NCBI GenBank assembly: GCA_964016885.1
Contig: OZ024757.1
Coordinates: 186,001 to 250,000, forward strand
Source of the DNA: Eledone cirrhosa
Taxonomy: Eukaryota
Direction: 5' to 3'
Length of the DNA: 64,000 nt
The notes under the pieces were generated by a model. The model ran no database searches. It had not been told where the DNA came from and saw only the letters and a list, made by a program, of their open reading frames with translations. This document shows positions 1 to 12,800 of this stretch, one piece after another. Each line of letters opens with the position of its first letter. Position 1 is the stretch's first letter. A program made the translations under genes and the position numbers.

Positions 1-3000
1 ACAATAGCTACTAGGGTGAGATAGTGACATTGGGGTGAAGACAGTAGCTACTAGGGTGAGATAGTGACATAGTAGTGGAGACAGAAGCTACTAAGGTGAG
101 ACAGTGATATTGGGGTGAAGACAATAGCTACTAGGGTGAGATAGTGACATTGGGGTGAATACAGAAGCTACTAAGGTGAGATAGTGACACTGGGGTGAAG
201 ACAATAGCTACTAGTGTGAGATAGTGACATTGGGGTGAAGACAATAGCTACTAGGGTGAGATAGTGACATTGGGGTGAAGACAGTAGCTACTAGGTTGAG
301 ATAGTGACATTGGGGTGAAGACAATAGCTACTAGGGTGAGGTAGTGACATTGGGGTGGAGACAATAGCTACTAGGGTGAGATAGTGACATTGGGGTGAAG
401 ACAATAGCTACTAGGGTGAGATAGTGACATTGGGGTGGAAACAATAGCTACTAGGGTGAGGTAGTGATATTGGGGTGAATACAATAGCTACAAGGGTGAC
501 ATAGTGACATTGGGGTGAAGTCAATAGCTACTAGGGTGAGATAAAGACATTGGGGTGAAGACAATAACTACTAGGGTGAGATAGTGACATTGGAATGGAG
601 ACAGAAGCTACTAAGGTGAGATAGTGACATTGGGGTGAAGACAATAACTACTAGGGTGAGATGGTGACATTGGGGTGAAGACAATAGCTACTAGGGTGAG
701 ATGGTGACATTGGGGTGAAGACAATAGCTACTAGGGTGAGATGGTGACATTGGGGTGAAGACAATAGCTACTAGGGTGAGATAGTGATATTGGGGTGAAG
801 ACAATAGCTACAAGGGTGAGATAGTGACATTGGGGTGAAGTCAATTGCTACTAGGGTGAGATAGAGACATTGGGGTGAAGACAATAGCTACTAGGGTGAG
901 ATAGTGACATTGGGTGAAGACAATAGCTACTAGGGTGAGGTAGTGACATTGGGGTGGAGACAATAGCTACTAGGGTGAGATAGTGACATTGGGCTGAAGA
1001 CAATAGCTACTAGGGTGAGATAGTGACATTGGGGTGAAAACAATAGCTACTAGGTTGAGGTAGTGACATTGGGGTGGAGACAATAGCTACTAGGGTGAGA
1101 TAGTGACATTGGGGTGAAGACAATAGCTACTAGGGTGAGATAGTGACATTGGGGTGAAGCCAATAGCTACTAGGGTGAGATAGTGACATTGGGGTGAAGA
1201 CAGTAGCTACTAGGTTGAGATAGTGACATTGGGGTGAAGACAATAGCTACTAGGGTGAGATGGTGACATTGGGGTGAAGACAATAGCTACTAGGGTGAGA
1301 TGGTGACATTGGGGTGAAGACAATAGCTACTAGGGTGAGATGGTGACATTGGAGTGGAAACAGAAGCTACTAAGGTGAGATAGTGACATTGGGGTGAAGA
1401 CAATAGCTACTAGGGTGATATGGTGACATTGGGGTGAAGACAATAGCTACTAGGGTGAGATGGTGACATTGGGGTGAAGACAATAGCTACTAGGGTGAGA
1501 TAGTGATATTGGGGTGAATACAATAGCTACAAGGGTGAGATAGTGACATTGGGGTGAAAACAATAGCTACGAGGGTGCGATAGTGACATTGGGGTGAAGA
1601 CAATAGCTACTAGGGTGACATAGAGACAGTAGCTACTAGGGTGAGATAGTGACATAGTAGTGGAGACAGAAGCTACTAAGGTGAGATAGTGACATTGGGG
1701 TGAAGACAATAGTTACTAGGGTGAGCTAGTGACATTGGGGTGAAGACAGAAGCTACTAAGGTGAGATAGTGACATTGGGGTGAAAACAATAACTACTAGG
1801 GTGAGATAGTGACATTGGGTTGACGACAATAGATACTAGGGTGAGATAGTGACATTGGGGTGAAGACAAATGCTACAATGGTGGGATAGTGACATTGGGG
1901 TGAAAACAATAGCTACTAGGGTGAGATAGTGACATTGGGATGAAGACAGTAGCTACTAGGGTGAGATAGTGACATTGGAGTGGAGACAGAAGCTACTAAG
2001 GTGAGATAGTGATATTGGGGTGAAGACAATAGCTACTAGGGTGAGATAGTGACATTGGGGTGAAGACAGAAGCTACTAAGGTGAGATAGTGACATTGGGG
2101 TGAAGACAATAGCTACTAGGGTGAGATAGTGACATTGGGGTGAAGACGGAAGCTACTAAGGTGAGATAGTGATATTGGGGTGAAGACAATAGCTACTAGG
2201 TTGTGATAGTGACGTTGGGGTGAAGACAATAGCTACTAGGGTGAGATAGTGACATTGGGGTGAAGACAGTAGCTACTAGGGTGAGATAGTGACATTGGGG
2301 TGAAGACAATAGCTACTAGGGTGAGGTAGAGACATTGGGGTGGAGACAATAGCTACTAGGGTGAGGTAGTGACATTGGGGTGGAGACAATAGCTACTAGG
2401 GTGAGATAGTGACATTGGGGTGAAGACAATAGCTACTAGGGTAAGATAGTTACATATGGGTGAAGACAATAGCTACTAGGGTAAGATAGTTACATATGGG
2501 TGAAGACAGTAGCTACTAGGGTGAGATAGGGACATTGGGGTGGAGAGAGTAGCAACTAGGTTGAGATAGTGACATTGGGGTGAAGACAGTGGCTACTAGG
2601 GTGAGATAGGGACATTAGGGTGGAGACAGAAGCTACTAAGGTGAGATAGTGACATTGGGGTGAAGACAATAGCTACTAGGGTGAGATGGTGACATTGGGG
2701 TGAAGACAATAGCTACTAGGGTGAGATAGAGACAGTAGCTACTAGGGTGAGATAGTGACATAGTAGTGGAGACAGAAGCTTCTAAGGTGAGATAGTGACA
2801 TTGGGGTGAAAACAATAGCTACTAGAGTGAGATAGTGACATTGGGTTGACGACAATAGCTACTAGGGTGAGATAGTGACATTGGGGTGAAGACAAATGCT
2901 ACAATGGTGCGATAGTGACATTGGGGTGAAAACGATAGCTACTAGGGTGAGATAGTGACATTGGGATGAAGACAGTAGCTACTAGGGTGAGATAGTGACA

Positions 3001-6000
3001 TTGGAGTAGAGACAGAAGCTACTAAGGTGAGATAGTGATATTGGGGTGAAGACAATAGCTACTAGGGTGAGATAGTGACATTGGGGTGAAGACAGAAGCT
3101 ACTAAGGTGAGATAGTGACATTGGGGTGAAGACAATAGCTACTAGGGTGAGATAGTGACATTGGGGTGAAGACAATAGCTACTAGGGTGAGATAGTGACA
3201 TTGGGGTGAAGACAGTAGCTACTAGGGTGAGATAGTGACATTGGGGTGAAGACAATAGCTACTAGGGTGAGGTAGTGACATTGGGGTGGAGACAATAGCT
3301 ACTAGGTTGAGATAGTGACATTGGGGTGAAGACAATAGCTACTAGGGTGAGATAGTGACATTGGGGTGAAAACAATAGCTACTAGGGTGAGGTAGTGACA
3401 TTGGGGTGGAGACAATAGCTACTAGGGTGAGATAGTGACGTTGGGGTGAAGACAATAGCTACTAGGGTAAGATAGTTACATATGGGTGAAGACAATAGCT
3501 ACTAGGGTAAGATAGTTACATATGGGTGAAGACAGTAGCTACTAGGGTGAGATAGGGACGTTGGGGTGGAGAGAGTAGCAACTAGGGTGAGATAGTGACA
3601 TTGGGGTGAAGACAGTAGCTACTAGGGTGAGATAGGGACGTTAGGGTGAAGACAGAAGCTACTAAGGTGAGATAGTGACATTGGGGTGAAGACAATAGCT
3701 ACTAGGGTGAGATAGTGACATTGGGGTGAAAACAATAGCTACTAGGGTGAGATAGTGACATTGGGGTGAAGACAGTAGCTACTAGGGTGAGATAGTGACA
3801 TTGGGGTGAAGACAATAGCTACTAGGGTGAGGTAGTGACATTGGGGTGGAGACAATAGCTACGAGGGGGAGATAGTGACATTGGGGTGAAGACAATAGCT
3901 ACTAGGGTGAGGTAGTGACATTGGGGTGGAGACAATAGCTACTAGGGTGAGATAGTGACATTGGGGTGAAGACAATAGCTACTAGAGTGAGATAGTGACA
4001 TTGGGGTGAAGACAATAGCTACTAGGTTGAGGTAGTGACATTGGGGTGGAGACAATAGCTACTAGGGAGAGATAGTGACATTGGGGTGAAGACAATAGCT
4101 ACAAGGGTAAGATAGTTACATATGGGTGAAGACAGTAGCTACTAGGGTGATATAGGGACATTGGGGTGGAGAGAGTAGCTACTAGGGTGAGATAGTGACA
4201 TTGGGGTGAAGACAGTAGCTACTAGGGTGAGATAGGGACATTGGGGTGAAGACAATAGCTACTAGGGTGAGATAGTGACATTGGGGTGAAGACAGAAGCT
4301 ACTAAGGTGAGATAGTGACATTGGGGTGAAGACAATAGCTACTAGGGTGAGATAGTGACATTGGGGTGAAGACAGTAGCTACTGGGTTGAGATAGTGACA
4401 TTGGGGTGAAGACAATAGTTACTAGGGTGAGGTAGTGACATTGGGGTGGAGACAATAGCTACTAGGGTGAGATAGTGACATTGGGGTGAAGACAATAGCT
4501 ACTAGGGTGAGATAGTGACATTGGAGTGGAGACAGAAGCTACTAAGGTGAGATAGTGACATTGGGGTGAAGACAATAGCTACTAGGGTGAGATGGTGACA
4601 TTGGGGTGAAGACAATAGCTACTAGGGTGAGATGGTGACATTGGGGTGAAGACAATAGCTACTAGGGTGAGATGGTGACATTGGAGTGGAGACAGAAGCT
4701 ACTAAGGTGAGATAGTGACATTGGCGTGAAGACAATAGCTACTAGGGTGAGATGGTGACATTGGGGTGAAGACAATAGCTACTAGGGTGAGATGGTGACA
4801 TTGGGGTGAAGACAATAGCTACTAGGGTGAGATAGTGATATTGGGGTGAAGACAATAGCTACAAGGGTGAGATAGTGACATTGGGGTGAAGACAATAGCT
4901 ACTAGGGTGAGATAGTGATATTGGGGTGAAGACAATAGCTACAAGGGTGAGATAGTGACATTGGGGTGAAGTCAATTGCTACTAGGGTGAGATAGAGACA
5001 TTGGGGTGAAGACAATAGCTACTAGGGTGAGATAGTGACATTGGGGTGAAGACAATAGCTACTAGGGTGAGATAGTGACATTGGGGTGAAAACAATAGCT
5101 ACGAGGGTGCGATAGTGACATTGGGGTGAAGACAATAGCTACTAGGGTGAGGTAGTGACATTGGGGTGAAGACAGTAGCTACTAGGGTGAGATAGGGATA
5201 TTGGGGTGGAGAGAGTAGCTACTAGGGTGAGATAGTGACATTGGGGTGAAGACAGTAGCTACTAGAGTGAGATAGGGACATTAGGGTGAAGACAGAAGCT
5301 ACTAAGGTGAGATAGTGACATTGGAGTGAAGACAATAGCTACTAGGGTGAGATAGTGACATTGGGGTGAAGACAATAGCTACTAGGGTGAGATAGTGACA
5401 TTGGGGTGAAGACAGTAGCTACTAGGTTGAGATAGTGACATTGGGGTGACGACAATAGCTACTAGGGTGAGGTAGTGACATTGGGGTGGAGACAATAGCT
5501 ACTAGGGTGAGATAGTGACATTGGAGTGGAGACAGTAGCTACTAGGGTGAGATGGTAACCTTGGGTTGAAGACAATAGCTACTAGGGTGAGAGTGATATT
5601 GGGGTGAATACAATAGCTACAAGGGTGAGATAGTGACATTGGGGTGAAGTCAATAGCTACTAGGGTGAGATGGTGACATTGGGGTGAAGACAATAGCTAC
5701 TAGGGTGAGATGGTGACATTGGGGTGAAGACAATAGCTACTAGGGTGAGATGGTGACATTGGAGTGGAGACAGAAGCTACTAACGTGAGATAGTGACATT
5801 GGGGTGAAGACAATAGCTACTAGGGTGAGATGGTGACATTGGGGTGAAGACAATATCTACTAGGGTGAGATGGTGACATTGGGGTGAAGACAATAGCTAC
5901 TAGGGTGAGATAGTGATATTGGGGTGAAGACAATAGCTACAAGGGTGAGATAGTGACATTGGGGTGAAGTCAATTGCTACTAGGGTGAGATAGAGACATT

Positions 6001-6899
6001 GGGGTGAAGACAATAGCTACTAGGGTGAGATAGTGACATTGGGGTGAAAACAATAGCTACGAGGGTGCGATAGTGACATTGGGGTGAAGACAATAGCTAC
6101 TAGGGTGAGGTAGTGACATTGGGGTGAAGACAGAAGCTACTAAGGTGAGATAGTGATATTGGGGTGAAGACAATAGCTACTAGGGTGCGATAGTGACGTT
6201 GGGGTGAAGACAATAGCTACTAGGGTGAGATAGTGACATTGGGGTGAAGACAGTAGCTACTAGGGTGAGATAGTGACATTGGGGTGAAGACAATAGCTAC
6301 TAGGGTGAGGTAGTGACATTGGGGTGGAGACAATAGCTACTAGGGTGAGATAGTGACATTGGGGTGAAGACAATAGCTACTAGGGTGAGATAGTGACATT
6401 GGGGTGAAGACAATAGCTACTAGGGTGAGGTAGTGACATTGGGGTGAAGACAATAGCTACTAGGGTGAGATGGTGACATTGGAGTGGAAACAGAAGCTAC
6501 TAAGGTGAGATAGTGACATTGGGGTGAAGACAATAGCTACTAGGGTGAGATGGTGACATTGGGGTGAAGACAATAGCTACTAGGGTGAGATGGTGACATT
6601 GGGGTGAAGACAATAGCTACTAGGGTGAGATAGTGATATTGGGGTGAAGACAATAGCTACTAGGTTGAGGTAGTGACATTGGGGTGGAGACAATAGCTAC
6701 TAGGGTGAGATAGTTACATATGGGTGAAGACAGTAGCTACTAGGGTGAGATAGGGATATTGGGGTGGAGAGAGTAGCTACTAGGGTGAGATAGTGACATT
6801 GGGGTGAAGACAGTAGCTACTAGGGTGAAGACAGAAGCTACTAAGGTGAGATAGTGACATTGGAGTGAAGACAATAGCTACTAGGGTGAGATAGTGACA

Positions 6900-9800
6900 T
6901 TGGGGTGAAGACAATAGCTACTAGGGTGAGATAGTGACATTGGGGTGAAGACAGTAGCTACTAGGTTGAGATAGTGACATTGGGGTGAAGACAATAGCTA
7001 CTAGGGTGAGGTAGTGACATTGGGGTGGAGACAATAGCTACTAGGGTGAGATAGTGACATTGGAGTGGAGACAGAAGCTACTAAGGTGAGATAGTGACAT
7101 TGGGGTGAAGACAATAGCTACTAGGGTGAGATGGTAACCTTGGGTTGAAGACAATAGCTACTAGGGTGAGAGTGATATTGGGGTGAAGACAATAGCTACT
7201 AGGGTGAGATGGTGACATTGGGGTGAAGACAATAGCTACTAGGGTGAGATGGTGACATTGGAGTGGCGACAGAAGCTACTAAGGTGAGATAGTGACATTG
7301 GGGTGAAGACAATAGCTACTAGGGTGAGATGGTGACATTGGAGTGGAGACAGAAGCTACTAAGGTGAGATAGTGACATTGGGGTGAAGACAATAGCTACT
7401 AGGGTGAGATGGTGACATTGGGGTGAAGACAATATCTACTAGGGTGAGATGGTGACATTGGGGTGAAGACAATAGCTACTAGGGTGAGATAGTGATATTG
7501 GGGTGAAGACAATAGCTACAAGGGTGAGATAGTGACATTGGGGTGAAGTCAATTGCTACTAGGGTGAGATAGAGACATTGGGGTGAAGACAATAGCTACT
7601 AGGGTGAGATAGTGACATTGGGGTGAAAACAATAGCTACGAGGGTGCGATAGTGACATTGGGGTGAAGACAATAGCTACTAGGGTGAGGTAGTGACATTG
7701 GGGTGAAGACAGAAGCTACTAAGGTGAGATAGTGACATTGGGGTGAAGACAATAGCTACTAGGGTGAGATAGTGACATTGGGGTGAAGACAGAAGCTACT
7801 AAGATGAGATAGTGATATTGGGGTGAAGACAATAGCTACTAGGGTGCGATAGTGACGTTGGGGTGAAGACAATAGCTACTAGGGTGAGATAGTGACATTG
7901 GGGTGAAGACAGTAGCTACTAGGGTGAGATAGTGACATTGGGGTGAAGACAATAGCTACTAGGGTGAGGTAGTGACATTGGGGTGGAGACAATAGCTACT
8001 ACGTGAGATAGTGACATTGGGGTGAAGACAATAGCTACTAGGGTGAGATAGTGACATTGGGGTGAAGACAATAGCTACTAGGGTGAGGTAGTGACATTGG
8101 GGTGAAGACAATAGCTACTAGGGTGAGGTAGTGACATTGGGGTGGAGACAATAGCTACTAGGGTGAGATAGTGACATTGGGGTGAAGACAATAGCTACTA
8201 GGGTAAGATAGTTACATATGGGTGAAGACAATAGCTACTAGGGTAAGATAGTTACATATGGGTGAAGACAGTAGCTACTAGGGTGAGATAGGGACATTGG
8301 GGTGGAGAGAGTAGCAACTAGGGTGAGATAGTGACATTGGGGTGAAGACAGTAGCTACTAGGGTGAGATAGGGACATTAGGGTGAAGACAGAAGCTACTA
8401 AGGTGAGGTAGTGGACAATAGCTACTAGGGTGAGATAGTGACATTGGGGTGGAGACAATAGCTACTAGGGTGAGATAGTGACATTGGGGTGAAGACAATA
8501 GCTACTAGGGTGAAATAGTGACATTGGGTTGAAGACAATAGCTACTAGGGTGAGATAGTGACATTGGGGTGAAGACAGTAGCTACTAGGCTGAGATAGTG
8601 ACATTGGGGTGAAGACAGTAGCTACTAGGGTAAGATAGTTACATATGGGTGAAGACAGTAGCTACTTGGGTGAGATAGGGACATTGTGTGACAACAGTAG
8701 CTACGTGGGTGAGATAGTGACATTAGGGTCAATACAGTAGCTACTAGGGTGAGATAGTGACATTGGGGTGAAGACAGTAGCTACTAGGGTGGGATAGTGA
8801 CATTGGGGTGAAGACAGTAGCTACTAGGGTGAGATAGTGAACTTAGGGTGAAGACAGTAGCTACTAGGGTGAGATAGTGACATTGGGGTGAAGACAGTAA
8901 CTACTAGGGTGAGATAGTGACATTGGGGTGAAAACAATAGCTACTAGGGTGAAATAGTGACATTTGGGTGAAGACAGTAGCTACTAAGGTGAGATAGTGA
9001 CATTGGGGTGGAGACAATAGCTACTAGGGTGAAATAGTGACATTTGGGTGAAGACAGTAGCTACAAGGGTGAGATAGTGACATTGGGGTGAAAACAATAG
9101 CTACTAGGGTGAGATAGTGACATTGGGATGAAGACAGTAGCTACTAGGGTGAGATAGTGACATTGGAGTGGAGACAGAAGCTACTAAGGTGAGATAGTGA
9201 TATTGGGGAGAAGACAATAGCTACTAGGGTGAGATAGTGACACTGGGGTGAAGACAGGAGCTACTAAGGTGAGATAGTGATATTGGGGTGAAGACAATAG
9301 CTACTAGGGTGCGATAGTGACATTGGGGTGAAGACAGTAGCTACTAGGGTGAGATAGTGACATTGGGGTGAAGACAATAGCTACTAGGGTGAGGCAGTGA
9401 CATTGGGGTGGAGACAATAGCTACTAGGGTGAGATAGTGACATTGGGGTGAAGACAATAGCTACTAGGGTGAGATAGTGACATTGGGGTGAAGACAATAG
9501 CTACTAGGTTGAGGTAGTGACATTGGGGTGGAGACAATAGCTACTAGGGTGAGATAGGGACATTGGGGTTGAGAGAGTAGCTACTATGGTGAGATTGTCA
9601 CATACGGGTGAAGACAGTAGCTACTAGGGTCAGATAGGGACATTGGGGTGGAGAGAGTAGCTACTATGGTGAGATAGTGACATTGGGGTGAAGACAGTAG
9701 CTACTAGGGTGAGATAGGGACATTAGGGTGAAGACAGAAGCTACTAAGGTGAGATAGTGACATTGGTGTGAAGACAATAGCTACTAGGGTGAGATAGTGA

Positions 9801-12800
9801 CACTGGGGTGAAGACAGTAGCTACTAGGGTGAGATAGTGACATTGGGGTGAAGACAATAGCTACTAGGGTGAGGTAGTGACATTGGGGTGGAGACAATAG
9901 CTACTAGGGTGAGATAGTGACATTGGGGTGAAGACAATAGCTACTAGGGTGAGATAGTGACATTGGGTTGAAGACAATAGCTAGTAGGGAGAGATAGTGA
10001 CATTGGGGTGAAGACAGTAGCTACTAGGGTAAGATAGTTACATATGGGTGAAGACAGTAGCTACTTGGGTGAGATAGGGACATTGTGACAACAGTAGCTA
10101 CTTGGGTGAGATAGTGACATTAGGGTCAATACAGTAACTACTAGGGCGAGATAGTGACATTGGGGTGAAAACAATAGCTACTAGGGTTAGATAGTGACAT
10201 TGGGGTGAAGACAGTAGCTACTAAGGTGAGATAGTGACATTGGGGTGAAAACAATAGCTACTAGGGTGAGATAGTGACATTGGGGTGAAGACAGTAGCTA
10301 CTAGGTTGAGATAGTGACATTGGGGTGAAGACAATAGCTACTAGGGTGAGGTAGTGACATTGGGGTGGAGACAATAGCTACTAGGGTGAGATAGTGACAT
10401 TGGAGTGGAGACAGAAGCTACTAAGGTGAGATAGTGACATTGGGGTGAAGACAATAGCTACTAGGGTGAGATGGTAACCTTGGGTTGAAGACAATAGCTA
10501 CTAGGGTGAGAGTGATATTGGGGTGAAGACAATAGCTACTAGGGTGAGATGGTGACATTGGGGTGAAGACAATAGCTACTAGGGTGAGATGGTGACATTG
10601 GAGAGGCGACAGAAGCTACTAAGGTGAGATAGTGACATTGGGGTGAAGACAATAGCTACTAGGGTGAGATGGTGACATTGGAGTGGAGACAGAAGCTACT
10701 AAGGTGAGATAGTGACATTGGGGTGAAGACAATAGCTACTAGGGTGAGATGGTGACATTGGGGTGAAGACAATATCTACTAGGGTGAGATGGTGACATTG
10801 GGGTGAAGACAATAGCTACTAGGGTGAGATAGTGATATTGGGGTGAAGACAATAGCTACAAGGGTGAGATAGTGACATTGGGGTGAAGTCAATTGCTACT
10901 AGGGTGAGATAGAGACATTGGGGTGAAGACAATAGCTACTAGGGTGAGATAGTGACATTGGGGTGAAAACAATAGCTACGAGGGTGCGATAGTGACATTG
11001 GGGTGAAGACAATAGCTACTAGGGTGAGATAGTGACATTGGGGTGAAGACAGAAGCTACTAAGATGAGATAGTGATATTGGGGTGAAGACAATAGCTACT
11101 AGGGTGCGATAGTGACGTTGGGGTGAAGACAATAGCTACTAGGGTGAGATAGTGACATTGGGGTGAAGACAATAGCTACTAGGGTGAGGTAGTGACATTG
11201 GGGTGGAGACAATAGCTACTACGTGAGATAGTGACATTGGGGTGAAGACAATAGCTACTAGGGTGAGATAGTGACATTGGGGTGAAGACAATAGCTACTA
11301 GGGTGAGGTAGTGACATTGGGGTGAAGACAATAGCTACTAGGGTGAGGTAGTGACATTGGGGTGGAGACAATAGCTACTAGGGTGAGATAGTGACATTGG
11401 GGTGAAGACAATAGCTACTAGGGTAAGATAGTTACATATGGGTGAAGACAATAGCTACTAGGGTAAGATAGTTACATATGGGTGAAGACAGTAGCTACTA
11501 GGGTGAGATAGGGACATTGGGGTGGAGAGAGTAGCAACTAGGGTGAGATAGTGACATTGGGGTGAAGACAGTAGCTACTAGGGTGAGATAGGGACATTAG
11601 GGTGAAGACAGAAGCTACTAAGGTGAGGTAGTGACATTGGGGTGGAGACAATAGCTACTAGGGTGAGATAGTGACATTGGGGTGGAGACAATAGCTACTA
11701 GGGTGAGATAGTGACATTGGGGTGAAGACAATAGCTACTAGGGTGAAATAGTGACATTGGGTTGAAGACAATAGCTACTAGGGTGAGATAGTGACATTGG
11801 GGTGAAGACAGTAGCTACTAGGCTGAGATAGTGACATTGGGGTGAAGACAGTAGCTACTAGGGTAAGATAGTTACATATGGGTGAAGACAGTAGCTACTT
11901 GGGTGAGATAGGGACATTGTGTGACAACAGTAGCTACGTGGGTGAGATAGTGACATTAGGGTCAATACAGTAGCTACTAGGGTGAGATAGTGACATTGGG
12001 GTGAAGACAGTAGCTACTAGGGTGGGATAGTGACATTGGGGTGAAGACAGTAGCTACTAGGGTGAGATAGTGAACTTAGGGTGAAGACAGTAGCTACTAG
12101 GGTGAGATAGTGACATTGGGGTGAAGACAGTAACTACTAGGGTGAGATAGTGACATTGGGGTGAAAACAATAGCTACTAGGGTGAAATAGTGACATTTGG
12201 GTGAAGACAGTAGCTACTAAGGTGAGATAGTGACATTGGGGTGGAGACAATAGCTACTAGGGTGAAATAGTGACATTTGGGTGAAGACAGTAGCTACAAG
12301 GGTGAGATAGTGACATTGGGGTGAAAACAATAGCTACTAGGGTGAGATAGTGACATTGGGATGAAGACAGTAGCTACTAGGGTGAGATAGTGACATTGGA
12401 GTGGAGACAGAAGCTACTAAGGTGAGATAGTGATATTGGGGTGAAGACAATAGCTACTAGGGTGAGATAGTGACAATGGGGTGAAGACAGGAGCTACTAA
12501 GGTGAGATAGTGATATTGGGGTGAAGACAATAGCTACTAGGGTGCGATAGTGACATTGGGGTGAAGACAGTAGCTACTAGGGTGAGATAGTGACATTGGG
12601 GTGAAGACAATAGCTACTAGGGTGAGGCAGTGACATTGGGGTGGAGACAATAGCTACTAGGGTGATATAGTGACATTGGGGTGAAGACAATAGCTACTAG
12701 GGTGAGATAGTGACATTGGGGTGAAGACAATAGCTACTAGGTTGAGGTAGTGACATTGGGGTGGAGACAATAGCTACTAGGGTGAGATAGGGACATTGGG

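Noticed and set aside
12-30. Regulatory-looking motifs in each unit: AGATAG (GATA consensus), TGACA (TALE homeodomain core), (A/G)G|GTGAG (splice-donor-like)
   Set aside because: These 5-7 bp matches are expected by chance in a single 40-mer and are multiplied only by amplification. No gene or other supporting context is present.
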